Of a stretch of 64,000 nucleotides of DNA, positions 37,032 through 46,575 are shown piece by piece. Source of the stretch: a virus (lineage: Duplodnaviria; Caudoviricetes); IMG/VR virus record IMGVR_UViG_3300020411_004054, positions 5,885 to 69,884 of that record, one strand, 5' to 3'. The translations under genes and the position numbers were made by a program. The notes beneath the pieces are model-generated. The model ran no database searches and was not told the DNA's origin. It saw only the letters and a program-made list of their open reading frames with translations. Numbering within the stretch: position 1 is the stretch's first letter; the number at the start of each line of letters is the position of its first letter.

Positions 37032-37394
37032 ATGAAAATTACAAAGAAACAACTTAGAAGAATTATTAAGGAAGCATGCGCGCTTTCTGATAGCGGACAA
37101 GATCAAGCGGCACAACCCCTGGATGCGATATCTCAACTAGTTGCTGCACACGAAGAAGAAGCAGCATCTGATCACTTTTCTCCGGAAGTGCCAGTCCCAG
37201 AAGACTATGATAAAACTAGAGATTTCTTAGAACAAAATCCGGAACTAGTTGACCTAGGTCTTTCTATTGTTATGGATGGTGCCGGCACTGGATGTGAAAG
37301 ATCAACAGCACAAGGTGTAATCGATCACTTGCAAGACATGCTAAGCGCCAGCGATGCTTCACAAAACTTGGAGATTCCTCTAGAGGGTGCCTGA
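37032..37394 (+). CDS. KITKRQL-leader protein
   Basis: MKITKKQLRRIIKEA. Confidence 0.85.
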   Translation: MKITKKQLRRIIKEACALSDSGQDQAAQPLDAISQLVAAHEEEAASDHFSPEVPVPEDYDKTRDFLEQNPELVDLGLSIVMDGAGTGCERSTAQGVIDHLQDMLSASDASQNLEIPLEGA

Positions 37395-37433
37395 GGTTGA
37401 TTTATCGTCTCGGTCGAGACAAAAGGTAACAAA

Positions 37434-37694
37434 ATGAAAATCACAAAAAGACAACTAAGACGAATCATTAAGGAAGAGAAGGCCAGACTCCTCAAAGAGT
37501 ATACTCCTGCAGATGTTAGTGGATCTGGTCCTTATTCTAGCGCTTCGAACATCGAAGAAGAGATAGCAGCACTTGAAGAAGTACTTAATTCTTTAATGGT
37601 CGCCGGCCGCAATTTACCAGCGCCTATGGACACAAGAATCGAAGATGCTGTTGAACTAATTGAACGCGCACTAAATGTGCTTTACGGTAGGTAA
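37434..37694 (+). CDS. KITKRQL-leader protein
   Basis: MKITKRQLRRIIKEEKARLLKE. Confidence 0.85.
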   Translation: MKITKRQLRRIIKEEKARLLKEYTPADVSGSGPYSSASNIEEEIAALEEVLNSLMVAGRNLPAPMDTRIEDAVELIERALNVLYGR

Positions 37695-37696
37695 TC

Positions 37697-37954
37697 ATGA
37701 AACTATCTAAGAAACAGCTTAAGAAGATAATCAAAGAAGAAAAACAGAAAATCTTGACAGAGTCATATGAGTATGATGTAGATAGTGAGATCTATGATGT
37801 GCTTCAACACTTGTCAGATGCCAGTCTAAGACTGGAAGAAATTGTTCAACACTACGATACAGTAGATCCGGAAAATCGCAAAGCCATGCAGATTTTTAAT
37901 CTAGCCAACCAGATAAAGAAAATAGAAAAAACATTGGAGACTCACGTAAAATGA
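37697..37954 (+). CDS. KITKRQL-leader protein
   Basis: MKLSKKQLKKIIKEEKQKILTE. Confidence 0.85.
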   Translation: MKLSKKQLKKIIKEEKQKILTESYEYDVDSEIYDVLQHLSDASLRLEEIVQHYDTVDPENRKAMQIFNLANQIKKIEKTLETHVK

Positions 37955-38265
37955 AAGTTACCAAGCGCTTACTAAAGAAAATTATCAAGGAAGAGAAGAC
38001 AAAGATTCTTGAGCAGTCTAGAGCTAGCTCAGAAGGAAATATTCAAGCAGAACTAGCTAGCATTATTGATGCTGTACAAGAACTATCAGACGGTCTGTAC
38101 GGTTTGCAAGACCCGGGTGACCCAGGTGTAGCAGCTGGTGATGAAATGGCACAAGATCTAGCGCTGCAAGTCGAAAGACTTAATAAGCTATTTGATCAAC
38201 TTGAGTCTTATTTTTTAACAATTGACGACATGGCCGGGCGGAACCCGGGTGGGAGTATAGGATAA
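37951..38265 (+). CDS. KITKRQL-leader protein
   Basis: MKVTKRLLKKIIKEEKTKILE. Confidence 0.85.
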   Translation: MKVTKRLLKKIIKEEKTKILEQSRASSEGNIQAELASIIDAVQELSDGLYGLQDPGDPGVAAGDEMAQDLALQVERLNKLFDQLESYFLTIDDMAGRNPGGSIG

Positions 38266-38645
38266 TGAAGATCACAAAACGATATCTTAGAAAAATTATT
38301 AAGGAAGAGAAACGTAGATTAATCTATGAGCAAGCAGTGTCTGCACAATCTCAGGTCGATTCTCGTGAACACCAGTGGCCTAGCGCAGACGGGCCGATAT
38401 CAGATGTTGCATTAGAATTATCGACATCTTGGGGTGACATGGAAGCAAAAGCTTGGTCTGCTGGAGATCCTTCCATGAACCAACAAGGTGAGCTTTCTGA
38501 TGCTGAGTCTAAGACTTGGTGGGTTGAACAGGTTGATAATGCAACTGAAGAACTGGAGGCAGCACTAGAAGAAAGACTGCGTGCTGAATCCATCAAGGTC
38601 ATGGAAGAGTTTACTGACAGATTGATTAATGGCGATTTTGCGTAA
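38265..38645 (+). CDS. KITKRQL-leader protein
   Basis: MKITKRYLRKIIKEEKRRLIYE. Confidence 0.85.
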   Translation: MKITKRYLRKIIKEEKRRLIYEQAVSAQSQVDSREHQWPSADGPISDVALELSTSWGDMEAKAWSAGDPSMNQQGELSDAESKTWWVEQVDNATEELEAALEERLRAESIKVMEEFTDRLINGDFA

Positions 38646-38938
38646 TGAAAGTTTCAAAAAAAGCATTGCAAAAAATTATCAAAGAAGAAAAGCAGCTTTA
38701 TCTAGAGCAACTAACAATGGCGAACAGAGCCCGCGGTTTGTTAATAGATAATGTCAAAGCTGAGAGAGTGAAGCAGATACTTAGCATTATGTACGACGAA
38801 GCAGTCAACGATGCTATTGCTGAAGAAGGTCTCGAGACAGATGAGGCAGAAGAGATGGCTATTCGTGGTGTGACTGAAGTTTTTGGCGAATTTTTAGACA
38901 GTGTTGGCTTTCGATATATGTTAGCTGACTTAGATTAA
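38645..38938 (+). CDS. KITKRQL-leader protein
   Basis: MKVSKKALQKIIKEEKQLYLE. Confidence 0.85.
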   Translation: MKVSKKALQKIIKEEKQLYLEQLTMANRARGLLIDNVKAERVKQILSIMYDEAVNDAIAEEGLETDEAEEMAIRGVTEVFGEFLDSVGFRYMLADLD

Positions 38939-38962
38939 CATTAACCCTTAAGGAAAAATAAA

Positions 38963-39058
38963 ATGAAAAAAGTACTACATAGACTAAGAAATTTATTTAA
39001 CGATCACTGTTGCTGCTGCTGTAAGTGCTGCGGTTGCGAAGAGTGTGCTTGTTGCTAA
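38963..39058 (+). CDS. 31-aa Cys-rich, metallothionein-like micropeptide (not in ORF track)
   Basis: MKKVLHRLRNLFNDHCCCCCKCCGCEECACC; AAGGA SD. Confidence 0.6.
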   Translation: MKKVLHRLRNLFNDHCCCCCKCCGCEECACC

Positions 39059-39069
39059 AGAGATAAAAC

Positions 39070-39804
39070 ATGAAAATTACGAGTCGACATCTTAAGAGAA
39101 TCATTAAGGAAGAAGTAGCAGCATCTGCAATCCCATTAGATGCGATTGCTAGTATGTTATCTCAAGAAGAAGAAGAAGGAAGAAACTTAGGTCATTCCGG
39201 AGAATCGGGTGAAGCCAAGATGACAAGAGCACAGTTGGCGCACATTAGTCAAGACGCCGATGAACTTGTCGATATGCTTAATGATGATGATGAACTTCCT
39301 GAGTGGATGCAGTCAAAAGTTGCTGCTGTCGCTGATAAGATGCAAGATGTCCACGACTATATTGAGACGAAAACAGGTGAAATATCTGAAAGGGTTCGTC
39401 TTAAGATTAGACTCAAGAAAATTATTCGTGAGCAAGATGACATGCTAGACGCAGATCATCCTTCTGAAATTGAAGCCGTAGAGAATGTCTGGGGTGGCGA
39501 TATTGAAGGAAAGGATAGAAATTTATCTTTGCCAATAGATCACTCTAAAGCAGCAAAGTCAGAGCCTGTAACACAAGGCCCTGAAATGCTTAAGCATGCT
39601 GAGCCGGTTCTAGCAAATGAAGGAAGAATTCAAGTATACCGCGGCCAGAATGATCTAGGTAAACTTTACAGAATCCCTTCTATTATATTTGAACGTTACT
39701 ATGATGCATATGTTTCGGGTAAATCTGAAGCAGCTTCTGATATTCTAGAAGAACATCTAGACAACTACTTTCCAGGCTGGAAAGATTATGAGTGGAGATC
39801 TTAA
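39070..39804 (+). CDS. KITKRQL-leader protein with an MxxxQL...LPEWMQSK domain
   Basis: N-terminal leader plus internal ISE|RVRLKIRLKKIIRE. Confidence 0.85.
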   Translation: MKITSRHLKRIIKEEVAASAIPLDAIASMLSQEEEEGRNLGHSGESGEAKMTRAQLAHISQDADELVDMLNDDDELPEWMQSKVAAVADKMQDVHDYIETKTGEISERVRLKIRLKKIIREQDDMLDADHPSEIEAVENVWGGDIEGKDRNLSLPIDHSKAAKSEPVTQGPEMLKHAEPVLANEGRIQVYRGQNDLGKLYRIPSIIFERYYDAYVSGKSEAASDILEEHLDNYFPGWKDYEWRS

Positions 39805-39813
39805 GGAGACAAA

Positions 39814-40128
39814 ATGAAAAAGAAAAATCTTAAAGAACAAGCATTGTCGGCCGCGAAACCTAAAGGACTGCCGGCGCCCGCTGACCTGGCGAATAAAATT
39901 AATGCTTCCGGAATGAGCGGTGATGAAACACTAGCATGGCTAGGCGCTGTTCTTAGTAGAGTTTCAATGGGTGCTGGATCAAGCACACCACCTGAAGAAG
40001 AGCCTGTAGCTTCTCCTGAACCCCCATTACCTTCACCTGAAGCTGTTCAAGAAAGACTAGAAAACAAGCTTTTAGATTCGCTTCTATCTGATGTAGCGCA
40101 GTCTACTCGGAGAAAAAGAAATGTCTAA
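39814..40128 (+). CDS. Pro/Glu-rich hypothetical protein
   Basis: AAGGAG SD. Confidence 0.7.
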   Translation: MKKKNLKEQALSAAKPKGLPAPADLANKINASGMSGDETLAWLGAVLSRVSMGAGSSTPPEEEPVASPEPPLPSPEAVQERLENKLLDSLLSDVAQSTRRKRNV

Positions 40129-40516
40129 AATGACAAACGACGAGTACAGAGACCTCACAAGAAGTTTTCTGACTGATCTATTGACCGAAGTGACAGCTGC
40201 AGATCGCGCAGAAGCAAATAGAGTAAACAAAGAATGGGAAGCAGACCAGGCTAGAAAAGAACAATCCGCGGCACAACACTCAGAAAAGAGTCAGCTTACG
40301 CTAAATCAAGGTGATGTTAACAAGGCTGAAGCTATGAGGTCGTCCTTGGATAAAATGTTTTTTGAGTATCGAAAACTATCTTCAATTCCCCCGGAGTGGC
40401 TTGACGACGGCAACAAATTTGGTGAGTCTAGATATGAAAAGCTAGAGATGCTACTAATGGATGCTGCTGAAGAAATGTCTGACCTGGTAAATGACATGAA
40501 ATCTCGGGGTATTTAG
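40121..40516 (+). CDS. Helical hypothetical protein, possible degenerate leader
   Basis: ...SFLTDLLTE. Confidence 0.75.
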   Translation: MSKMTNDEYRDLTRSFLTDLLTEVTAADRAEANRVNKEWEADQARKEQSAAQHSEKSQLTLNQGDVNKAEAMRSSLDKMFFEYRKLSSIPPEWLDDGNKFGESRYEKLEMLLMDAAEEMSDLVNDMKSRGI

Positions 40517-40518
40517 TA

Positions 40519-40938
40519 GTGAGAATTACTGAGGTTGGCTTGAGATCCATAATACGCGCAGTATTATGTGAACAAGTTGTAGGTTATCAGGCACCTAGCA
40601 AATCTTATGATGATCCTTTGGGTGATGATGATCACACATTCTCCTCTCCTTCTTCCGATAGTTCGTCGTCTGTAAAAACTGATGATTCTGAGTCTGATAA
40701 CAGTGGCTCTGACGGTTATATGCAAATAGGAGATGTTTCTGTTGCTACTAGCGCGACAGACACAGCTGATCAAAAGAAAGCCGGCGCTGCAATGTCTACT
40801 CAAGATAGACAACAAATTAGAACGCAAATGGCTAATCTTTCAAAGCAGAGACAAAACTCTGCGAATAGCGGTGATGCAAAGCAGGCTGATTATTTGGGCA
40901 TCCAAATGAAGAGGCTGAAAGATGTACTCAACCCTTAA
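40519..40938 (+). CDS. KITKRQL-type leader protein with Ser/Asp-rich linker
   Basis: MRITEVGLRSIIRAVLCE. Confidence 0.8.
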   Translation: MRITEVGLRSIIRAVLCEQVVGYQAPSKSYDDPLGDDDHTFSSPSSDSSSSVKTDDSESDNSGSDGYMQIGDVSVATSATDTADQKKAGAAMSTQDRQQIRTQMANLSKQRQNSANSGDAKQADYLGIQMKRLKDVLNP

Positions 40939-41006
40939 TTCATAATACACAGGCGCATTAAAAGAATTATAGTTGCGTATTGTGACTTTTTAGTATTTGT
41001 AGGTTT

Positions 41007-41276
41007 ATGCGTTATATTTGTTCAATTTATAAAGATCGCCCAAAACCATGTATAGGATATCCATGGAATATCGCGAATCAAATATTTGAAGACTGTCAGT
41101 TTTTAAATAAAGAACAAGACGGTCTCTTGAGCATGGATGATCTTCTTGAGACAAAGACAGAAAAAGAAATTAGTGATTATTGCGTTGAGTGTGGCAAATG
41201 TTGTTTTTTTGGCCCGGCGGCTTGCTCCAAACTTCTTATCGTCGAAGATGAAGTAGAAAGGGAAGATGAAAAATAA
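41007..41276 (+). CDS. CxxCxxCC (YkgJ-like) metal-binding protein with permuted motif order
   Basis: CSIYKDRPKPCIGYP, CQFL and CVECGKCC. Confidence 0.6.
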   Translation: MRYICSIYKDRPKPCIGYPWNIANQIFEDCQFLNKEQDGLLSMDDLLETKTEKEISDYCVECGKCCFFGPAACSKLLIVEDEVEREDEK

Positions 41277-41571
41277 CAATTCAGGTAGTAACGCTATGAT
41301 CAAAGAATTGCTAGATACACTTCCTGTTGCTGCTTTATTTTTTGAAAAAGATGGTGGGATGAACCTGGTAGTCGACGACGAAGCCGACGCAGAAGAGCTA
41401 AAAAGCATATCGACAATAACTAGTTTTTTTCAATATACGCTAAGCAGACCTGATTGGATTTCTGACTTTGCAAAACAAACTGCTTCAACCGAAAAGATCC
41501 GATCCAAACCCCGTCTTCGTATTATTCAAGGGGGCCTGTCAAAGCATTCAGGCAGTGGCCATTCCACATAA
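41266..41571 (+). CDS. Hypothetical protein
   Basis: Coupled ORF; C-terminal LRIIQGG. Confidence 0.65.
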   Translation: MKNNNSGSNAMIKELLDTLPVAALFFEKDGGMNLVVDDEADAEELKSISTITSFFQYTLSRPDWISDFAKQTASTEKIRSKPRLRIIQGGLSKHSGSGHST

Positions 41572-41626
41572 TTTAATAATCGTGTCTCTGCAGCCTATTT
41601 TTTATCTCTTAGGTGCATAGATAATA

Positions 41627-41920
41627 ATGAGGTTTAAGCAAGGACAACACACAACAGCCATGATTACTTACATAAAGTTAGGACTAGGAACTCTAGCAGC
41701 ACTGCTTATTATAGGCTATTCAGTGCCGGCATCAGCGGGAATACCGCTAAGCAAGACATCTTCTAGTCAGATAAACTCTAGAGCCTACAAAATGCCAGTA
41801 GGTGTCTTTAATATAAAATCGCTATACAAGCCTATGAACTCTACAGTAAAGGTTGTTGACTTTAGTGCCTGGAAGTTTCGTATTGAAAAAGAAACAAAGA
41901 CTTTAGTGAATAAGAAGTAG
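41627..41920 (+). CDS. Membrane-anchored or secreted hypothetical protein
   Basis: LGLGTLAALLIIGYSVPASA signal-like segment. Confidence 0.6.
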   Translation: MRFKQGQHTTAMITYIKLGLGTLAALLIIGYSVPASAGIPLSKTSSSQINSRAYKMPVGVFNIKSLYKPMNSTVKVVDFSAWKFRIEKETKTLVNKK

Positions 41921-41939
41921 TAACTTACTATTTATTCAT

Positions 41940-42251
41940 ATGAGCATTAAACTTCTGCGTCAGTTTATAAGAGAACAAGTTGGCACTGGCGATCTACTAG
42001 GCGCGCGTCAGTCTTTTAAGACAAAAGACACAGGTCCGTTCACCTATGAAGACTTTGAAGGCTATGATATTGATATCGTAGCAAATGTACACGGGCAATA
42101 CTCGCTTACAGTTAAACATAACGGAGAAAATATTTCTCCTAGCAGTATGTTTAAAGATTATGCTGAGGCTAATCACCATGCAAGAATGATAGTCGACAAG
42201 CATAGAGTGGGAAAAGTAGAGCCTAGTGTCAAGAAGAAAGAAGTCTACTAA
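41940..42251 (+). CDS. Short-leader (LLRQFIRE) protein
   Basis: MSIKLLRQFIREQ. Confidence 0.75.
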   Translation: MSIKLLRQFIREQVGTGDLLGARQSFKTKDTGPFTYEDFEGYDIDIVANVHGQYSLTVKHNGENISPSSMFKDYAEANHHARMIVDKHRVGKVEPSVKKKEVY

Positions 42252-42549
42252 TAGTCTAGGTAAAGATCATCCACTAGAGTTTGATGGTCTTAAAGCAGAA
42301 GACGAAGTAGTATATAAAAGAATCTCAGACGAAAAGCTTTCAATAGGTGTTATCAAGTATTTTCATCTAGGAAAGACACCATGTGCATCTGTAATAGACT
42401 TGCAGTTAGGCAACTATCAAACTGCAATTGTCGAAGAAATTGTAAGAGAGCCTTCTAAAAAACTTTTAGATTCCCTGTGGGGAAAGATAGCTTCTAAAAG
42501 TCAGGGGTCTCGACGATCACTTCGACGGGGGAAAACAAAAAAGTCTTAA
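42226..42549 (+). CDS. SH3-like hypothetical protein
   Basis: LKAEDEVVY...IGVIKY. Confidence 0.6.
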   Translation: MSRRKKSTNSLGKDHPLEFDGLKAEDEVVYKRISDEKLSIGVIKYFHLGKTPCASVIDLQLGNYQTAIVEEIVREPSKKLLDSLWGKIASKSQGSRRSLRRGKTKKS

Positions 42550-43315
42550 TATCATGTAGGCCTGTCCCTAATCCTACGTTTTCTAGATCTCTAAAAGCGG
42601 TGTGTAATACACCTACGACTTCCCAATTTTCATTTAGAACAGCGGATCCGCTTGATCCCGGTCGAGTTGGTATAGTATAAAATCTAGTGTTTTCTCTAGT
42701 GCCTGAAAAGAATCCACTAAAGACTAATGCTAAGTTTTTTCCTGAAATTCCAAAGGGAGCAGCGACAGCATATACTTTTTCACCAATACTAGGTTCTCTC
42801 TTTGCCAGGGGCACAGGATGAGTGAATATTTTTTCAGGTCGTAGCAAGCATAAGTCTTTTACTCTATCTGTTCTCAAGATATCAGCATGATATGACCCTT
42901 TAAGAGGAGAATGTACCTTTATTTTGGTCATTGTCAATATTGTGATTTCTATTCCTCGGTGCTTGAATGTATCAGGTGCATCTGATTCACAAACATGTGC
43001 TGCAGTCAATATTGCAGGTCCAGCATCTGACATTACCATCAAGCCAGATCCGGAGCCAGAATTTTTTATTCTTGGAAGTTCACTAATAAGCTTTTCACAA
43101 TCAACTTCAGGATCAGATGTTTTACACTCAGTAGGAATTAACTCTTGATCTATCTCTACTAGCACAAATGCATCAGCAGGTGCCGAGGTTCTTTTTTTTG
43201 ATTGATCATACTTTAAATTAGAGTTCAATGATATGCAGCTAGCGGTAATTGATATTACTAGCAATATTGCCGATGTTATTAAGCTAACTCTATTTGTATT
43301 TCGCATAAAAAGCAC
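42494..43315 (-). CDS. Trypsin-like (S1) serine protease with N-terminal signal or lipoprotein anchor
   Basis: ILTAAHVC, KDLCLL and PGSSGSAV catalytic triad motifs. Confidence 0.9.
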   Translation of the reverse strand: MLFMRNTNRVSLITSAILLVISITASCISLNSNLKYDQSKKRTSAPADAFVLVEIDQELIPTECKTSDPEVDCEKLISELPRIKNSGSGSGLMVMSDAGPAILTAAHVCESDAPDTFKHRGIEITILTMTKIKVHSPLKGSYHADILRTDRVKDLCLLRPEKIFTHPVPLAKREPSIGEKVYAVAAPFGISGKNLALVFSGFFSGTRENTRFYTIPTRPGSSGSAVLNENWEVVGVLHTAFRDLENVGLGTGLHDIKTFLFSPVEVIVETPDF

Positions 43316-43374
43316 GTACCCTTTAACTTAGGTATGGGAAATAAGACATCAGTGATGTCAGAATAATAAAAAAA

Positions 43375-43824
43375 ATGAACACTACGAACTTAAACCCTTA
43401 TGAAATTTTGGTACAATCAGCAGCTTTTAGAAAAGTAGACCCTGTTGAGTTTGAGTATAGGCACGAAAAACTTTGCTCTAAAAAATATGAAGATCTAGGA
43501 GAATATGAGGAATTACTAGCCTCAGATTTTCTTGATCATTTGGTTGATACACTTACGTCTGGCGACATGTGGAAATTCAACCCAACATGCATCAAGGTCT
43601 TTGTTGAAAACTCAAAGTTTGAATTTGACAGAAAAAAGTTAGAAGAGTTTGTTCTAGAGCACGGCGACATTACAGTAAAAGATATCGACAGAAACGTAAG
43701 CTTATACAGCGTCTCGTGTAGAATTGAAATGTTAGCTATCAATATTCTTGGACTCGATCCAAAAATTTTAAATGACTCTGAGTACGTGTGTGTTCAGACT
43801 CTTACCGGCAATATAAAGTTATGA
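43375..43824 (+). CDS. Hypothetical protein
   Basis: 149-aa ORF upstream of clpP. Confidence 0.7.
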   Translation: MNTTNLNPYEILVQSAAFRKVDPVEFEYRHEKLCSKKYEDLGEYEELLASDFLDHLVDTLTSGDMWKFNPTCIKVFVENSKFEFDRKKLEEFVLEHGDITVKDIDRNVSLYSVSCRIEMLAINILGLDPKILNDSEYVCVQTLTGNIKL

Positions 43825-43831
43825 GGAGTAT

Positions 43832-44491
43832 ATGCGTCGAAAGTACCTTTTAATTAGTGAAGAAGCTCAAAAAGAAAGCACTGAATCGTTAAGTGCTAGT
43901 AACAAACCTATTCAGGCTTACGAAGAGGTCCATTCAGTTGGTCCTGACAGGACACCTAAGGGTATTGAAGTTGATGAAAATAGAATTTATTTTTATTGTC
44001 CTGTAGGTGATTATGAAGCACTCGAAATCAACAGACTTATTCGTAGGCTGGATGTTGAAATGAAATATCTTAGTGACCGTCTTGCATGCAAGTCCGTGCC
44101 TATTCATCTTCATATTCATAGTCCAGGCGGTTCGATTTTTGCCGGCCTTTCAATTGTTGACAGCATTAAAAACTGCAAATCAGAAGTATACACGTACATT
44201 GACGGATCAGCAGCAAGCGCAGCAACATTAATCTCAACATCAGGCAAAAAAAGATTTATGACAAAAAATAGTTTTATGCTCTTGCATCAACCTCAACTTG
44301 AATGGTCAGGTAAATTGGATGAATTTAGAGATGAAATAGAAAATCAAAAGTCCTTATACGAAAAACTTACAAATGTTTATTTGGAAAACTCATCAATGGA
44401 GAAAGAAGACCTCGATGATCTTCTTACTCATGAGCTGTGGTTAGATGCTGATAAGTGTTTAGAACTAGGGCTTATTGATAAAATAATCTAA
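43832..44491 (+). CDS. clpP: ClpP-family serine protease
   Basis: IHSPGGS, GSAASAATLI, LLHQP and WLDADKCLELGLIDKI. Confidence 0.9.
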   Translation: MRRKYLLISEEAQKESTESLSASNKPIQAYEEVHSVGPDRTPKGIEVDENRIYFYCPVGDYEALEINRLIRRLDVEMKYLSDRLACKSVPIHLHIHSPGGSIFAGLSIVDSIKNCKSEVYTYIDGSAASAATLISTSGKKRFMTKNSFMLLHQPQLEWSGKLDEFRDEIENQKSLYEKLTNVYLENSSMEKEDLDDLLTHELWLDADKCLELGLIDKII

Positions 44492-44499
44492 GGATTGTC

Positions 44500-46119
44500 A
44501 TGATTGCCAAGAGAGACTGGGTTCAATTTTTTCCCTATAAGACACCACGGCCTCAGCAAGTAGAGGCGATTAATCGCATTTTAAATGCATTTACAAGTGG
44601 GTCTCAATATTTTGCCCTTGAGGCGGGAACCGGAGTGGGAAAGAGCGCAATTGCTGCAACTGTTGCGCAGTATCTGATAAATAATGCTCAGCATAGTGAG
44701 GACTATGAAAATGGTGCAATATTTGTAACAACACAAAAGCTTTTGCAAGACCAGTATGAAAAAGACTTTGCAAAAGCCGGTATGAAGTCTATAAAAAGCT
44801 CTAGAAACTATACATGTCGGTACAAAAAATTCAATACATGCGCTGACAGTCAATCAGAGCTTAAGCTCCAGGAAAAAGGCACAGCATTTTGGAATTCGTG
44901 TACATTTAAATGCACTTATAAATTAGCAAAAGAAGACTTTATAAAGTCTAAACTAAGTGTAACTAACTTTCCGTATTTGCTCACAGAGTCTAACTTTAAC
45001 GGAAAGATAAAACCAAGACATATACTGGTAATTGATGAAGCTCATAACGTGGAGACAGAGCTTTCAAAATTTATTGAGATATCAGTAACTGAGCGATTTA
45101 CAAAGCAAGTGCTAAAATCAGATCTTCCTGATTTAGCGACTCATCATCAAGCATTTGAGTGGATCAAAAATGTATATCATCCCAAGCTTTCTACGTACAT
45201 GGCACATGTTAAAAAGACTCTAGACAAGTATAGTAAAATAAAAGAGAAGCTAGATCAGTTTGTTTCTTTGACACGTCAGCTAAGAGCTATGGAAGGCCAT
45301 TTTCAAAGACTAGAATACTTTCTAGAAGTACATTCAAAAGAAAACTGGGTTTTTGAAAATCAAAAAAGCAGTGTAAGAGGTCTTAGCAAACTTTCATTTA
45401 AGCCTATCGACGTATCAAAATATGCACAACAATATTTGCTTAGATTGGGTGCGAAAGTGCTTTTTATGTCCGCAACACTGATCGATTCGGATAAGTTTTA
45501 TCAAATGATAGGAATTGACAAGACAAAATCAGATGCCTTGTCACTACCCTCACCCTTTCCTACACAAAATCGTCCGATACTCTATGTACCAATTGGTCGA
45601 ATGACGTCTAAAGAAATAGATCGATCACTACCAATATTAACAGATGCAGTAAAGAGAATCCTTGAAGAACATAAAGATCAGAAAGGAATTATTCATACAC
45701 ACTCTTATAAAATAGCAAATTACCTTAAATACAACATAAAGTCTGATCGATTGATTGTGCCTAATTCTGATAATCGTGACAAAATGTTAAGCAAACACCT
45801 TCGAAGCAAGAAACCTACGGTCTTAATTTCCCCTTCTATGACAGAAGGGGTTGATCTAGAGGGAGACGCTAGTAGATTTCAAGTAATTTGTAAAGTCCCC
45901 TATCCGTTTTTAGGTGACAAACTAGTAAAAAAGAGAATGAATAGATGGAAATGGTGGTACCCATTTCAAACAACAAAAACAATAATACAATCATTAGGAA
46001 GATCAGTTAGATCTAGTGAGGATACAGCAGTCACATATATCTTAGATGCTGATTGGGATCGATTCTACTCTAGAAATAGTAAACTTTTTCCTTCTGATTT
46101 TCGTGCATGCTTAAAATAA
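44500..46119 (+). CDS. DinG/XPD (Rad3)-family SF2 helicase
   Basis: EAGTGVGKS, IDEAH, SATL, SPSMTEGVDL and QSLGRSVRS. Confidence 0.92.
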   Translation: MIAKRDWVQFFPYKTPRPQQVEAINRILNAFTSGSQYFALEAGTGVGKSAIAATVAQYLINNAQHSEDYENGAIFVTTQKLLQDQYEKDFAKAGMKSIKSSRNYTCRYKKFNTCADSQSELKLQEKGTAFWNSCTFKCTYKLAKEDFIKSKLSVTNFPYLLTESNFNGKIKPRHILVIDEAHNVETELSKFIEISVTERFTKQVLKSDLPDLATHHQAFEWIKNVYHPKLSTYMAHVKKTLDKYSKIKEKLDQFVSLTRQLRAMEGHFQRLEYFLEVHSKENWVFENQKSSVRGLSKLSFKPIDVSKYAQQYLLRLGAKVLFMSATLIDSDKFYQMIGIDKTKSDALSLPSPFPTQNRPILYVPIGRMTSKEIDRSLPILTDAVKRILEEHKDQKGIIHTHSYKIANYLKYNIKSDRLIVPNSDNRDKMLSKHLRSKKPTVLISPSMTEGVDLEGDASRFQVICKVPYPFLGDKLVKKRMNRWKWWYPFQTTKTIIQSLGRSVRSSEDTAVTYILDADWDRFYSRNSKLFPSDFRACLK

Positions 46120-46575
46120 TTGCCTAGTTATATTATGGAGGGACAAAGCTTGAGCCTATCAACAAACAAGAAAGATAAAGACAAGCCGGCTCAAAGAGCA
46201 GGTGTTATTATTTTAAAGCATACTTCTGACGGTATCAGGGTCTTATGTCTAAGGGTGTATGGCAGCTTTGATCTTCCCAAAGGCGGTGTCGACCCGGGAG
46301 AAGATATTTTTTCGGCCGCACTTAGAGAAGCTGAGGAAGAGTCTGGGATATCTGAGCTGGATTTTGAATGGGGTTTTGAGACAACAATGGCTAGGAATGT
46401 TACACTCTTTCTAGCTTCTACAAAGCAAGAACCTACAATATTGCCGAATCCGCAAACCGGAGAATATGAACATCATTCAGCACACTGGAAAACCTTAGAC
46501 GATGCCTCTACTTGTCTTCATCCTTATTTGCGCCCGTGTATGAAATGGGTAAAAGATGTTACGGGTTATCACTAA
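46120..46575 (+). CDS. NUDIX hydrolase
   Basis: PKGGVDPGEDIFSAALREAEEESGI NUDIX box. Confidence 0.92.
   Translation: MPSYIMEGQSLSLSTNKKDKDKPAQRAGVIILKHTSDGIRVLCLRVYGSFDLPKGGVDPGEDIFSAALREAEEESGISELDFEWGFETTMARNVTLFLASTKQEPTILPNPQTGEYEHHSAHWKTLDDASTCLHPYLRPCMKWVKDVTGYH

Noticed and set aside
36097-38938. Regularly recurring ~50-bp DNA repeats resembling a CRISPR array
   Set aside because: Repeats are in-frame protein leaders with synonymous variation, spacers are 200-400 bp open reading frames, and no cas genes are present.
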